Both the position numbers and the translations under genes were made by a program. A stretch of DNA of 64,000 nucleotides from Raillietiella orientalis (taxonomy: Eukaryota), in the NCBI GenBank assembly GCA_036172245.1, contig JAYWIR010000009.1, positions 4,836,001-4,900,000 of the forward strand, written 5' to 3'. A model generated the notes under the pieces. The model saw only the letters and a list, made by a program, of their open reading frames with translations. It did no database searches and had not been told where the DNA came from. Positions 51,201 to 63,000 of this stretch are shown here, piece after piece. Numbering within the stretch: the first letter of the stretch is position 1; every line of letters starts with the position of its first letter.

Positions 51201-54200
51201 AAAGAAGGAAAGCTCCTGCCTTTCCCCTCTATAAAGCTGTGACTGTTGCTGGGTCTACGAAGGCGTAATGCGAAGACACTGTGGTAACACCTGGGGTGGT
51301 GGTCAGCACAGGATTGTCGCAGAGCGCGACGCGAGAGTACGCCGCGTGGGGTGCGTTGCCGAGCAGCAGGGTACGATGACCACCACCACCACCGCCACCA
51401 CTCCCTTTCGAAGTCAGCGGTCCTCGAGAGCGGAAAATTTTTTCCTCGCTCTCCCCCACTACTCCTTCAGCGGGTCGCTCTCGCTGGCGGAGATGACTCC
51501 GTCTTCCTTCTTGCCGAGCGCCATCCAGAGCGTTCCTGAAACCCAAAGACGTCCGTCTAAGAGCCGGGATCTATGAACAGCGAGAGGCAATGTAAAAATG
51601 ACGACGACGGCGAAGACGACGACGAGGATGAATTATCTCATGAGCACCTTCGCTGCCGCCTTTCCAAGAAGTAGCGGGAGAGAGAAAATTCCTCGCGACC
51701 GTCAGTACTGCCAACCCTGCAACCTACTCCGCAGCCTCAGACTGCCAGAGGTCAGCAGAAGACTTGCGGAAGACTCTGCTGAAGCTAGTGGCGGTCGCCG
51801 CACCGAAGCTGTTCTTCAGGTCCGAGGCGACTCTTGGCTACGCTGTCGGTCGGCAGCTCCAGAGAAACTGCGGGCGATTTCCCCCTTCGCCTGAGGACCC
51901 TAGGAGGTGGAGGTGCGGCGACCCTGGGTAGAGAGGAGGTGGGAGGCGGGAGGGCATCGGGGAGCGATGCCTTTGCCCTGGGTTCAGCAGGGTCATTCCG
52001 TGCCAAAGACTTCTTTCCGCAGGGCGCGCGCGAGGTTCGGCGCCAGGGAGACGGCAAGCGTCTGCCTTCCTCGCATGGACCTCCGACTGACCACCTCCTC
52101 CGAACCCGCGACCCGGGGGGGGAGGGGGATGGTGAGACTCGTCCGGCGCCGGAAAGCGGCGATCTGACGCCGGCACCGCGAGTCCCTGCAATGGACGTCT
52201 CCCGATCCAACCCTGAACGGTTCCTCCGGACCCGCCAAGAAGGTGTCCACGGCCGCTTCGGAGAGCGCGCGCCAGGTACTGGCTGCGAGGCAGGTGTCCG
52301 CCACCCCTTTCGGGGGGGAGGGTCTGCCTGATGAGTTTTCCCAGCATGCAACGTGTCTGTGGAGGGCTAGGTCCCGGCGACTAAATCTACTAGATGATGA
52401 TGGCACGTCAATCGGTGAATGAACACAGCTCATTCGAGTGAGCCCGTGGTAGGCCTCCGCACTCTTCGTCCATGCATCTCTGTCTTTCCTCCTACAGACC
52501 AAATGGGATTGCTAGCACGTGGTTTCACGGCCTTTTGGCTAAGATCGAAGTGAGTTGCAGAGTGGGAAGGGAGAAAGTAGGCACAGCGGTTCCTTGCGGT
52601 GGGACGCTTGGATTTATGGGTGTTGTGAAAGCGCACAGCGCTGCTGTGGGGTGCGGGACGTTCTGGGAAGGATTGAGGGAAAAATAAGATAAAACTCATC
52701 TGCGAAAGTCAATTTTAATTAATGAAAAGAGGAAAACCAACAATGGGAAACTGCGAGCCTGAGGAGCCATGCATCACTTAAATCAAATTTGGAGTTTTTT
52801 TGTCTCCTTTTGTTTGGAAATGCGAAAACAGAATGTTTCCATGGGAACCTTCTTTGTTTTCGGAGAGAGGGAAAGAAGGATGAGTCATTCCGTCTAAATA
52901 TATATACATACATACATATATTTAGACGAAATTTGCGTTTATATGTATAGGAAACATTTGTTTGTTTGTTTATAAACAGAATCCCACGAATATTCGTGGG
53001 ATCGGGAGAGGCTGCCGCGGCAGAAATTCAGGCGTCGGATTGAAGGATTTGAGGCAGTCGCTCTGGAGCAGCAGGCAGCGAATTTTCGCATACGGCGGCG
53101 GCCCATTTTGTGCGCTGACCATGGGAGCCCTTGTAGTTCGCGGCTGAGTCGGTTGCAAGGGTTCCTGGCCAGTAGCCGGCACACTTCGCGAGCGCGTGCC
53201 AGCCGTCGGCCCTCCCGGAGAGTCGCCTCGGGGAAGAGCCGTTCTTTCGCCGCGGGGGGCGCCGCGTGGCGGCAGGCAGGAACGCTCGTTCGCGAGCCAG
53301 CCACTCTCGAAGGACTCGCTCCCTCCCTGCCCCCTCCCGCTTCTTCCCCAAAGGCGCCCTTGGACCCCGATGCCTGCGCAACTGCCCGGCTCCTCTCCCT
53401 TTCCCTTTTTGCAGCCTGTCAAGGGCTCCGCGCGGCCGCCCGGAGGTGCCGGTCTGCCGGGGGCACGGGTCGACTCGGAGAGGAATCCGCCGCGTCCGCT
53501 TCCTGGGCTCGGAGGCTCCAGCACGCTGCCCGAGCTCGCCGCGGTGGGCGCCCGTCCCATCTTGGTGTCCTCCTCCTCCCCCCCCTTCACCCGCCTGCTG
53601 TCGTTGCAGATCCAGATCCCCAAGCAGCCCGACGGATGCTGCCTGCTGTACCCTTCCTACGACAGCCTGGAGGAGCTGCAGAAGGACAAGAAAGGTCAGT
53701 TGCCCCCATCCCCATCCCGACGCAGTGCGGGATCCGGGAGGCGACGGACGGGTAGCAGGGGCAGGGAGGAAGACGTCCATCCCGGTCCTGCAGCCCGCGG
53801 CGAGGCGGAAGCAGCGGAGCGTGCTGTTCCTTCCTGCGCCGCCAGGGGCGCTGCGGACGCTTCCGCTTTCCTCCTTCCAGACCCCAGCAAGTACCGCTTC
53901 GTGTGCTGGGACATTGCCAAGAGGGGCACCGTCGGCGAGAACATCCTCCACCTCTGCATGCTCAATTCCTCGTCCGTCCATGAGGACCTCGCCCGCAGAA
54001 TCATCCGGCACTTCCCCAAAATGATCAACGACATCTACATCTGTGACGAGTACTACGGTGAGGACGGTAGGGCTACGCCTCCCCCCGCGGGGAGAGGCGC
54101 CTCCGTGGGAGAAACCCTCCCCTCTTCCACGCCTCCGGGCAAAGCGACGCCTGGAGGCGGGTGCTGTTGAGGAAGAGGGCGACACCCGCCCTCGGTTTAG

Positions 54201-57200
54201 CCGACGTCCTCCTTCCCACGCAGGAGAGAACTGCCTTCACATGGCCATCGTCAACGAGGACGTCTCTATGGTGAAGTTCCTCCTCAACCACGACATCGAC
54301 TACCACCAGAGGTTCTGTGGGCGGTTCGTGAGTCCCGAGGACCAGAAGACCAGCCGGTGGGACGTGCTGGACCAGGAGCAGATCGAAGTCCCCGTTCACA
54401 CGAACTACGAAGGGTGAGTCGCCTGCCAGGGGCGGCGGATCTCCACCCACGTTCCCATAGAGGCGTCCCCTAGCAGGGGTTGAATTCGTGGTCGGACGGG
54501 ATGGCTCCCCGGGGACAGGTCCCACCAGTCGGACCCCCCTGCCGACAATGTGCCCATGCAGAGACGCGACGACGTCAGCGCTCCGCGCCTGCAGCGGGCG
54601 GCGGACCCGCGCGGTTCCGCGGCTTGGACGGATGCTCTGCCCGCTCATACGCGACCAACAAGTCCGCTGCTCGTTCGCGCGGGGTCCGGTCGAACCGCCC
54701 GGCGGCGCTGCGACCGTCCGCGGGAAAGGGAGGTCGTGGGCGAAGTGCTGAGGATGCGAGGCCCATGGAGGCTGTTTGAGGCCCGCGCGACTCCGCGCAG
54801 GGGCGGGGCGTTCCGCAGCCTACGCGTCTCGCGTCCGTCCGTCCGTGGAGGAAGGTGCGCCCGCTGCCGGAGCCACCCGTCCTTGGGTCCTTCTGCCGAC
54901 GGACGCCTGGGGAGATGGAGGGGGGGAGGGAGCCAAGGACGCCGAGGGAGCGGAGGAAGACAAGCGCTCCTCCTTCTCATTCCGCCGCCCCGTCCGCAGG
55001 TACCTGTACTGGGGCGAGTACCCCCTGGCGTTCGCCTCCTGCCTGGAGCAAGAGGAGTGCTACCGGCTGATCCTGTCGCGGGGCGCCGACCCTGACCTCC
55101 AGGACAGCAACGGCAACATGGTGTTGCACATGCTGGTCATCCGCCGGAAGAGGGTGGGTGGAGCGGGGGTGGTGAGGAGGAGTGGGGGCTCCTCCAGGAC
55201 GCCTTCAACATGGCGTACGAGCTGGGGGCGTCGCTGCACATCAAGAATCGGCAGAACCTGACTCCGCTGACCCTGGCGGCCAAGCTGGCCTTCACCGACA
55301 TGTTCCGCAACATCTTCGCCCTGGAGAGGGAGATCTGCTGGAGCATCGGTTCGTCCAGCGCCCCAGCCCCCTCCGGCACGCTCACACCCGCTCCTCCCGT
55401 CTCCCAGGCAACGTCGTGTGCGCGGCCTACCCGCTGGACCAGCTAGACACCATCGACCAGAAGACCGGCAACATCAACCGGGACTCCGCCCTGAACCTCA
55501 TCGTCTACGGGGTGGGTACGATTCTTCTCCCCCTTCCCCCTTCCGTGAGGTGCGCTAACGCCTCCGCTGCAGGACAAGGACGAGCACCTGTTGCTCCTGA
55601 ACGGCATCCTAGAGGACCTGCTCAATGCCAAGTGGAACGCCTTCGTCAAGTTCAGGTGCGCCCGCATGGGCGGATGCGCCTTGCGAGTGATTCCCCCACC
55701 CCCCTTCGCACCCTAACCAGCGCCCACCTCGCAGCCCCGCTGCTACCAACGGCAACCGCCCTCCCCCGCTCACCAGCAACTGGGGTCGCGCGCGCGGGGA
55801 AGGGAGGTTCCGGTGGGCAGGACCCAGGCGGCAGAGGCGACAGCGACCCGCTCGAGCCTTTCCGTTGGTCGCACGGTCCGGCCGGGTCCGCTTTAGTAGG
55901 GATGCTGAGAGGACGGCCGGATACCCTTGTCTCCATGGGCACGGTACCACAGTCGCCGCAGTCGCAGCCAACGGTTTAAGGTGGACCGAGGAGAGGACGG
56001 ACTCATCGTCACCAGCAGCGACGAGGGCTGCCGGGCGAGGGGCTTTCAACTTGGAGCGTCCTTTCCAGCGGAGGAGGAGGAGGAGGAGGAGAGAGGAAGG
56101 AGGAATAGGAGAAGAAGAGGAAGAGAGGGGGCAAGAGGGAGCAAGAGGAAGGAGGAGGATGAAGAAGGGGGGAGGGGAGAGAGGAAGAGGAAGTGGAAGG
56201 GAGGAAAAAAAGTTCATGGGTTTGGGGGGTCCCGCGCCTGGACAAGAGTGGTCCAAGCGGGGCCTCTGCGGCCGCTAAGGTCCACGCTGGAGGTTCGCCG
56301 CGGCAGCAAGGCGATCGCCGCGGCGGTGGCAGGGGTGAGATGCGAAGGAGAGGGGGGGGGCAGGTGCGCCTCCTCCTTCTTGGAACCGCCCCCTTCCCTG
56401 CCCGCAGCTTTTTCAGGAAGCTGTCAGCGTTCTCGACATACTTCTTGCTGACTCTGGTGTGCTTCACGACACGTCCCGGTCCCGGGGGCCTCGCGGGTTT
56501 CCCCGTCCCCCCCGCTTCCTTCTCCCCCGAGTTGGGATCGGGGAATGCCTCCGAGGTGGGGCAGGACGGCGTCCCTGACTACGCGGACTGGCGGACTGAG
56601 GACTTCCTCAGCGTGGATGGGGGTGGACGGGTCACTGTGGCGTCCCCTCCGGGGGCCGCGTCGATAGAAGCCGGGCCGTCCGCGGCGGCCTTCGTGGCCT
56701 CCTGCGAGGAGCCTCTCCAGTCCCAGACAGGCCAGTGGGCGCTTCAGGCGCTGCTGGTCTGCGGCGCCCTGCTGTACCTCGCGGGCGCGGTCCGGGAGGC
56801 GTGCCGCCTAGGGCGGAACACCTTCCTGGAGAACATGGTGAGCGTGGAGGCCTCCATCTGCCCGGGAGGGGGCACTGAGGCATCCCCTTCCAGGCAACCG
56901 TCCCCTCGCGGGTGCTCTTCCTGCTCTCCTGCTGCCTCCTGCTGCTTTTGGCCGTCCTGGAGGTCGGCTGCTACAAGAGTGCGGCGGACTACTGCGCGGT
57001 GCTGGTCATGCTGACCACCCCTTCCTATTTCCTGTTCTTCTGCAGGTGAGCCTGCTTCCAGGGAGAGGCCAGGGAAGGGCATCCCCTCTCCGGGGGGGGG
57101 GAAGTGCGCGCCCTCTCTTCGGTCGGCGGGGCAACGGAAGGGCCTGCTGCTTTTCTCCGGAAGGAGGATGCTCGCTCCCCCCCGGGTAGGCAGCGCTCGG

Positions 57201-60200
57201 CCTCTGGTTCCCTGGATCGGTCTGGATCCCAATGCGCCCTCCATCTCGCCTGCAGGGGCTTTAAGATGCTGGGCCCCTTCGTGGTCATCCTGTACAAGAT
57301 GATCGTCGGTGACCTGCTCCGGTTTGTGACCATCTACATGGTCTTCGTCATGGGTTTCTCGCAAGGTGAGCCCCTGCCCCCTTACCGCAGGACCTTTTCC
57401 TTCCCCGCGACCTCCCTGCAGCCTTTTACGTCATCTTCCTGACGTACCGTTGCCAGCCGGACGGCAACGGCACCTTCCGGTCCAGCCCCATGGACAATCC
57501 CGCCGAGTCCATCATGGGCATCTTCATCATGTCGATGAACAACTTCGGTGACACCTACAGAGCCTTCTCGTGCACAGACCACGAGTTCCTGGCCAAGGTG
57601 AGCTCCGAGGCGGGTCGACTCGGAGGGCTGCCTGCCCCCAACCGGTCCGTTGCCACCAGGCGCTGTTCGTCATCTTCATGCTGACGGTGGCAATCCTCAT
57701 GGTCAACATGCTGATCGCCATGATGGGCAACACGTACCAGCGCATTTCCGAGAAGCGCGAAGAGTGCCTAAGGCAGGTGCGTTGCGGGGGCGGCAGCGAG
57801 GGACCAGACGCGCCTCCCCTTCCCTTCCCCTCTTCGGAGGACCACCCCCGCTGGATCCGTCGCGTGTGGCTCGAAGCCTCCCCTCTCGGCTACGTCGCGA
57901 TGCGGTTCCCACGGGAAACGGATGCGGTTTCCGAAAGGGTGGAGTCCCGTCCGCCCGCATTCCAGCGAGTTCCGTCCGCCCCGGAGGCGTCCTCCCTGCT
58001 GCGACGCCGACCGAAGGGTCTTGCGGTGTGGTATTCTCGCAGAGCCCTCCTCGAGGGCGCAGGACGCTGACGTCTGCATCCCTCCCCTGGATGGCAGGGA
58101 GGAGGAAGTGAGCGCGCGGAGGACCATTCGAGACCCCTCTTGGAAGAGCGCCGGTTGCCACGCAGCTCGCCCTGCGCTCCTCGACCCGTTGGATTCGAAG
58201 CCACCTCACCTTCGAGGTTCTCCGACAAGGCGTTTACTCGTCTCCGTTGCTACGGAGATCATCAAGGAGGCATCTCGCGGTGGAGGACCAGGGATTTCCA
58301 GGGGGAAAATGTCCAGCAGAAGCGGGTTGCGCCGTCAGCGACGCTCCCTGCAGGAGCAGCTCACGGGAACGAGGATGAATCAGTAGGCAGGAAAGAAAGG
58401 CTTCATAAGAAACCTCCAGTGCGCGCTCTCAGTCCGTGCGCCTTTGAATGACAGCAGGGGGTCATTTTCGGTCAGCAATAGCTGAAACACGTTTCTCCAG
58501 AAAGATGTTTGCCTTTTTCGGAGAAAAGGGCGGCCAGCTTCGGACCCGCTCGGATTTCGTTCTCTTGCCGTAAGGAATTTCGACGGCCTCAGGAGGGATT
58601 CTTGAGCAGTTTTCGCGCTGGAATTTTGCTTCCAACCTTCTTCCGCATGATAGGGAAAGAGAGCGTTTGGCAATTAATTTCCACTGCACTGCAACCACTC
58701 ATGGCACCCCTGATGCAACAATGGCGTTACGGAAAATCCAACCGGAAGTGACGCACTGTTCAGACGCTGGGTTTACGTGTTGTCGGCCGTGGTGTTTTTC
58801 CTGCGGCAGCCAAGGTAGCGATGCTCTCGAGAAGGGGGGCCATCGGAGAAAAACGAAAGCATTGTCTCCTTGGAACAGTGATCGGTCTCTCCGGAGTGTT
58901 TTCAAAGCAAAGGATGGCAACGGAAAATCTCCACGCGGCAGTAAAAAGAAAAAAGAGTCCGTATCGGCGTTCCTTAGCTGTCATCCTGGAGACCCTCTCC
59001 TGGGCCACTGGTGTGGGCACATCAGGGGAGCCAGTCACGTCAAGCTGTTCCAGATTTTCACGTTTCCGAAGCCGCAGCCGCACTCCGTCAAGTCCTTCCT
59101 GTTCAAGAGATCGCAGCGGAAACTCTAGCCAGACGGCGCTGCTAGGGTTGGTCACAAGGCGGACGTTCCGGAACCGAAGAGCTCATCTGGTGAGGTGAAG
59201 CACGTTCGTTGGCAAGGCGAATCACGACCTGGTCGATGGTCATCCTGGCGGATTTCCGTGGTGACGCGTCTCCGGCACTGTCCACTCGAACGGCCTGCAA
59301 CGCACCGCAATGTTGAAACGATTGCCAAGGTGACGCATGCCGTGATTTTTGCAGTGGGGCAGAATCGTCCTGGTCCTGGAAAGGGGCGCCACATCTCAGC
59401 AACGTTTGCAGCATTTGCTTCTGTATTCCCAACCGATGGCTGACGGGCGAAGAGCATTTGTCGTCAGGCATCGCTGCACGGTGAGATCATTTCTCCATCA
59501 TTTGGTGCGAGCAAGGATCGTGAGAGAGGGGTGCGCGCGCGTGAGGTAAAAAAAGAAGAAAAGCCCCGGGACCGCGTCCGCGGAAGCCATTTTGCCCGAC
59601 GCGTTCGTTGGGCGACGGCGCACCGGAAGTAGCGATCGGTGCGCCGTGACGGAGCGCCACAAGGGAACGGCAGGACGGGTGGGTGGGTCACCTGGTCCTC
59701 GGTTGGCTCCGAGGTGATCGGCGTGTGCGACCTCTTTTCCTTGCCTCCGGACGAGTTTCACGAGGGTGGTGGGGAGCAAGCGAGACGGGTCGCATCATCT
59801 GCTGCTGCAGCGCAAGCCCACCCCGCCCAGGGCCCCTCCCCCTCCCCGTTCGGGCACGCGAGGAAAGGCTGCGAGGGTTGGTCAGACCAACCGGCGGCGC
59901 TTTTCCGCCCATCTCGGTGCGAATCGGTGTCGGCGAGAAGGGGCGGGGAGAAGGGGAGCAGGGTAATTTTCCGCGTCAAGATATCAAGGTGGACGTCAGG
60001 TACAAAGAGCCCTCGAGCAAAGGACAGAAAAGAGGCAAAAATTTGCGTAGCGGGTTGCGAGGCAACCTGCGCTGCAAGCTCGAATTACCGAGGTACAAGT
60101 TGCAGAAAACTCGGTTCGCTCGTCTTCCACGTCGCCGCGCCTCAGGGGAGGGAGAAGGAGGGGGGGGAATGCTCCATCAGCGATCTTTCATTCGAAACGT

Positions 60201-61351
60201 CCCCGTTGAAAGCCGCTGTGCTGGCAGGCATCGCCGAGAGCTTTGGGAGCGCAGGGAGTCCTTGCCGTTTCGACAGCTCGTTGCACTTGGCAGCAGGGAA
60301 AGTCTTGGTCCCACGACCTACACATCTTCGCGACCTCGCAGGCGTTCGCCGCTAGCGTGGTCTGCCGCGTTTTTTTCCGGTATACCAACCCGCCGAGCAC
60401 GTGTGACGAGGCGCGATGCTGCGAGCGTCCCCGCATCGGCCGTGGGCGTGGTCGGCAGCCGAGGGATGGTCGCCAGGGCAAAACGGCGGTGATGACACTC
60501 CGTTTCCGGACGCCGCTCCCGGTCGTCCTAAGCGATCGATGGGTAATTCATCCGTCCATTTATGAGCGGAGGATGCAGGATTTTTTATCGTCGTTGTTGG
60601 TTTTCCTTGCTCGGACCCGGGATTTCCGGGAGTGACGGCAGCACCCGCCACCTTGCCGTGAAAGGGATGCAAGGAGGAGGCTCGCGATCACCGGAAACGA
60701 ACGAGAAATGCGTCACTGCGTGACGCGCGGAACACATCCGCACTGGTGGGTCTCTTCCGTGCTTTTGCTTTGGTTTCTTCACCGGAGGCATCGTCAGCTT
60801 TCATCTTCGCATTCTACGCAGCTGCCCATGCGTGGGGGTCGTTACCACCCCTGGATTTGATCTTCCTCAGCACCACCGTAATTCGTCCACCGTTCGCACG
60901 GCACCTCTGCGCGGTTGCGTCCACTTTAGAATCACGGACGATTCTGCATCCCAGCTGAGATCACCGGAATGGCTCTCCGTGGCGAATCGCTCGGAATGTG
61001 CGAAGGCGCAACGGGGGCGAAAGAAGAAAGAAAGAAAAAAAAAAAAGGAACGCGCTCTAATGGCAACTGGGTAGGGGTGACCATGAGATAAGTCACCGCG
61101 CGAAAGTATCGGAGCGTGCGGGCGGCGCGGTGGCGGACGTCACGTCACGTGACGCCGGAGAACGGTCGCGGAACCGCGGTGTGCGCGTGCGCGTCAAAGA
61201 CGGCGTCGGACGCGCGCCTGACAAACCCTCCCGCTTTCAGGAGAAGGACCTGGAAGAAATGGAGCAGATTTCCAGACTCAGGAGCTCGCACGAGAAGGAA
61301 GTTGCCGCCAAGAACAGCAGGAAGGGAAAGGGTGCCGCCGCTGCTCCCTGA
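46460..61351 (+). CDS. nan: TRPV cation channel Nanchung (ankyrin repeats + 6 TM), 15 exons, 811 aa
   Basis: Exons 46460-46729, 53610-53694, 53881-54057, 54224-54413, 55000-55153, 55198-55348, 55408-55511, 55573-55655, 56408-56837, 56894-57045, 57256-57365, 57422-57597, 57660-57776, 59355-59480, 61241-61351. All introns are GT-AG and phase-consistent. The N-terminus [15 protein letters not shown] is characteristic of Nanchung. Motifs [63 protein letters not shown]. Confidence 0.94.
49060..49160. repeat. Short imperfect tandem repeat (three CAGCGACCTC-like units, ~36-bp period)
   Basis: CAGCGACCTCGTC / CCTTGGCAGCGACCTCGTC / CCTTGGCAACGACCTCTTC. Confidence 0.5.
52524..52552 (+). pseudogene. 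U2 snRNA 5' fragment (nt ~6-34) in nan intron 1
   Basis: TTCACGGCCTTTTGGCTAAGATCGAAGTG. Confidence 0.85.
52835..52848 (+). promoter_or_regulatory. Candidate RFX X-box in nan intron 1
   Basis: GTTTCCATGGGAAC fits GTYNCY-AT-RGNAAC, with forkhead-like TGTTTATAAACA at 52967-52978. Confidence 0.5.
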
Positions 61352-61456
61352 GATCTACAGGGAAAAGTTCCGGCTTCCCAGGGTGGCTCGCCACCGGCCC
61401 TTTGCCCCCCGTGAAGGATCAGCCCTCTCCCTGCCTTCTCCTCCAGCAAACCAGGG

Positions 61457-61462
61457 AATAAA
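61457..61462 (+). promoter_or_regulatory. Candidate polyadenylation signal of nan
   Basis: AATAAA ~105 nt after the stop codon, followed by a T-rich tract. Confidence 0.5.
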
Positions 61463-61769
61463 CGGCCTTCGATTGCTTTTTCCCACTTTTTCTTTCCTTT
61501 TTTTTTTTTTTTCCTGTTCCCCCCCCCCCCATTCCCCCGATCCTTGATAGAACTGGAGGATGCAGCGAACGGCTGGTGGTCACTCCTGAACGCCCTGTTC
61601 GGCCCAGACGCGAACGCGCCCACTCGCGGCTGCGGAAGGACGCCTCCCGCTGTCAGGCGGCATGGAAGAAAAGCAGCCCAAGCTCTCGTGGCTGTTAGGG
61701 AGAGCATCCGCAGCTCCGCCTTTCTGCGAGCTCCCTGCCTCCCGGCGGCTGCTAGGCGGCGGCAGCGCA

Positions 61770-61792
61770 TGCTGCTGCTGCTGCTGCTGCTG
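61770..61792. repeat. (CTG)n microsatellite
   Basis: Direct reading. Confidence 0.85.
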
Positions 61793-62986
61793 TAGCCCGG
61801 GCGCAGCTACTGAAGGAGACGACGCCGTTGCAAGGGACTCGCTGCCCAGGATGTCCCCCCCACTCTTTCCTCGAGGCCAGCCAGCATCTTCCATCCCCAT
61901 CGTCTCCCCAGCGACCAGTCCTACGCGTCCTCCCGGCAGCAGCTCGCTGAATGGCCTTTTCTTTCTCTTCCTGGCCTACCGAGCAATGTGTGGCTCGTTT
62001 CCATCCCAATTGAGGATGCGGGCGCAGCTGTCCTCCTCTGGGGCGTCTTCTCAAGGTGGAAACGACCTGCAAGGCTTCCCCGGATGGGCACGCCCGCTCC
62101 CGGGATGCGGAGGACTGTGGCGGAGCGGGAGTGGGTGGGTGGGAAGGCCCGCCTATCCGTCGCCTCCGCAGCGAAGCGGCCACCCGCACTCACCGGAAGA
62201 CGAGCTCAGGAAAGCCTTTGGAAAAGAAAACCCAGGCTTTGTGCTTCCGAGCAGGCCAGCGCGGTGCCTGGAACGGGGGTCAACTTGCTCTTCCCGCTCC
62301 CCCTCCTCCCTCGGTGTGCAGAAAGGCAGGACACGCCAGCCTGCCGGCTCCGAATGTCTGCAGGCGCATGTCGTCGCCGTCGCCGTCGCCGCCGCCGGCT
62401 CTCTCCCGCGCCCTATCCGTGGATTTGAAGGAGGCCACGCCGGGGAAGGAGGAACCCTCCCCGGAAGCACGTGCTCCGGACCCGAAGACACACCGCGAAC
62501 ACGCCCTGCATGCTTATCCGCGTTTCGACAACTGCCGTCCTGCGGAGAGTGGCCCCTCCGGGAGGTTCCTCCTCGACTGCGCCGGAGGCATCCCCATGCT
62601 TGTCACGTGTGCTCCTGAGAGCGCACGTGCAGCCGGACCGGGCATGCGTTGCCCTCTTGCGTTCCCTCTGCCTCCTGCGTCCGTTCCTCAAGGACCTCTG
62701 GGCCGCCGTGCGATGCTGAACTCCGACGAGCCCTCCCCTCCCCCTCCTTGCTCGATGGTTCCGGCGTTTCCAGGTGCTTTGCAGCAAGCAGAGTGGGGGA
62801 GGGTAGAGGAGCAGGCGGGAGCTGGGGGATGAGGTCTCCGGGACCGTCTTCCCCGATCGCGGGAGCTGTCGAAGCAGCCCGAGGCTGACGAAGCGCCCCC
62901 GGGAGAGAGCGGAGGGTCACCGTTTTCTCAAGAGGTCAGCTCCCGTGATCCGGGACCGCGAGCTAGGAGGGGGAGGGGAGCCCAGC

Positions 62987-63000
62987 GTCGCCATGGGAAC
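62987..63000 (+). promoter_or_regulatory. Second candidate RFX X-box downstream of nan
   Basis: GTCGCCATGGGAAC fits GTYNCY-AT-RGNAAC. Confidence 0.35.

Noticed and set aside
52328..52345. CTGATGAG hammerhead core (also at ~1498 and ~14854)
   Set aside because: No stem II followed by GAAA, and no pairing arms.
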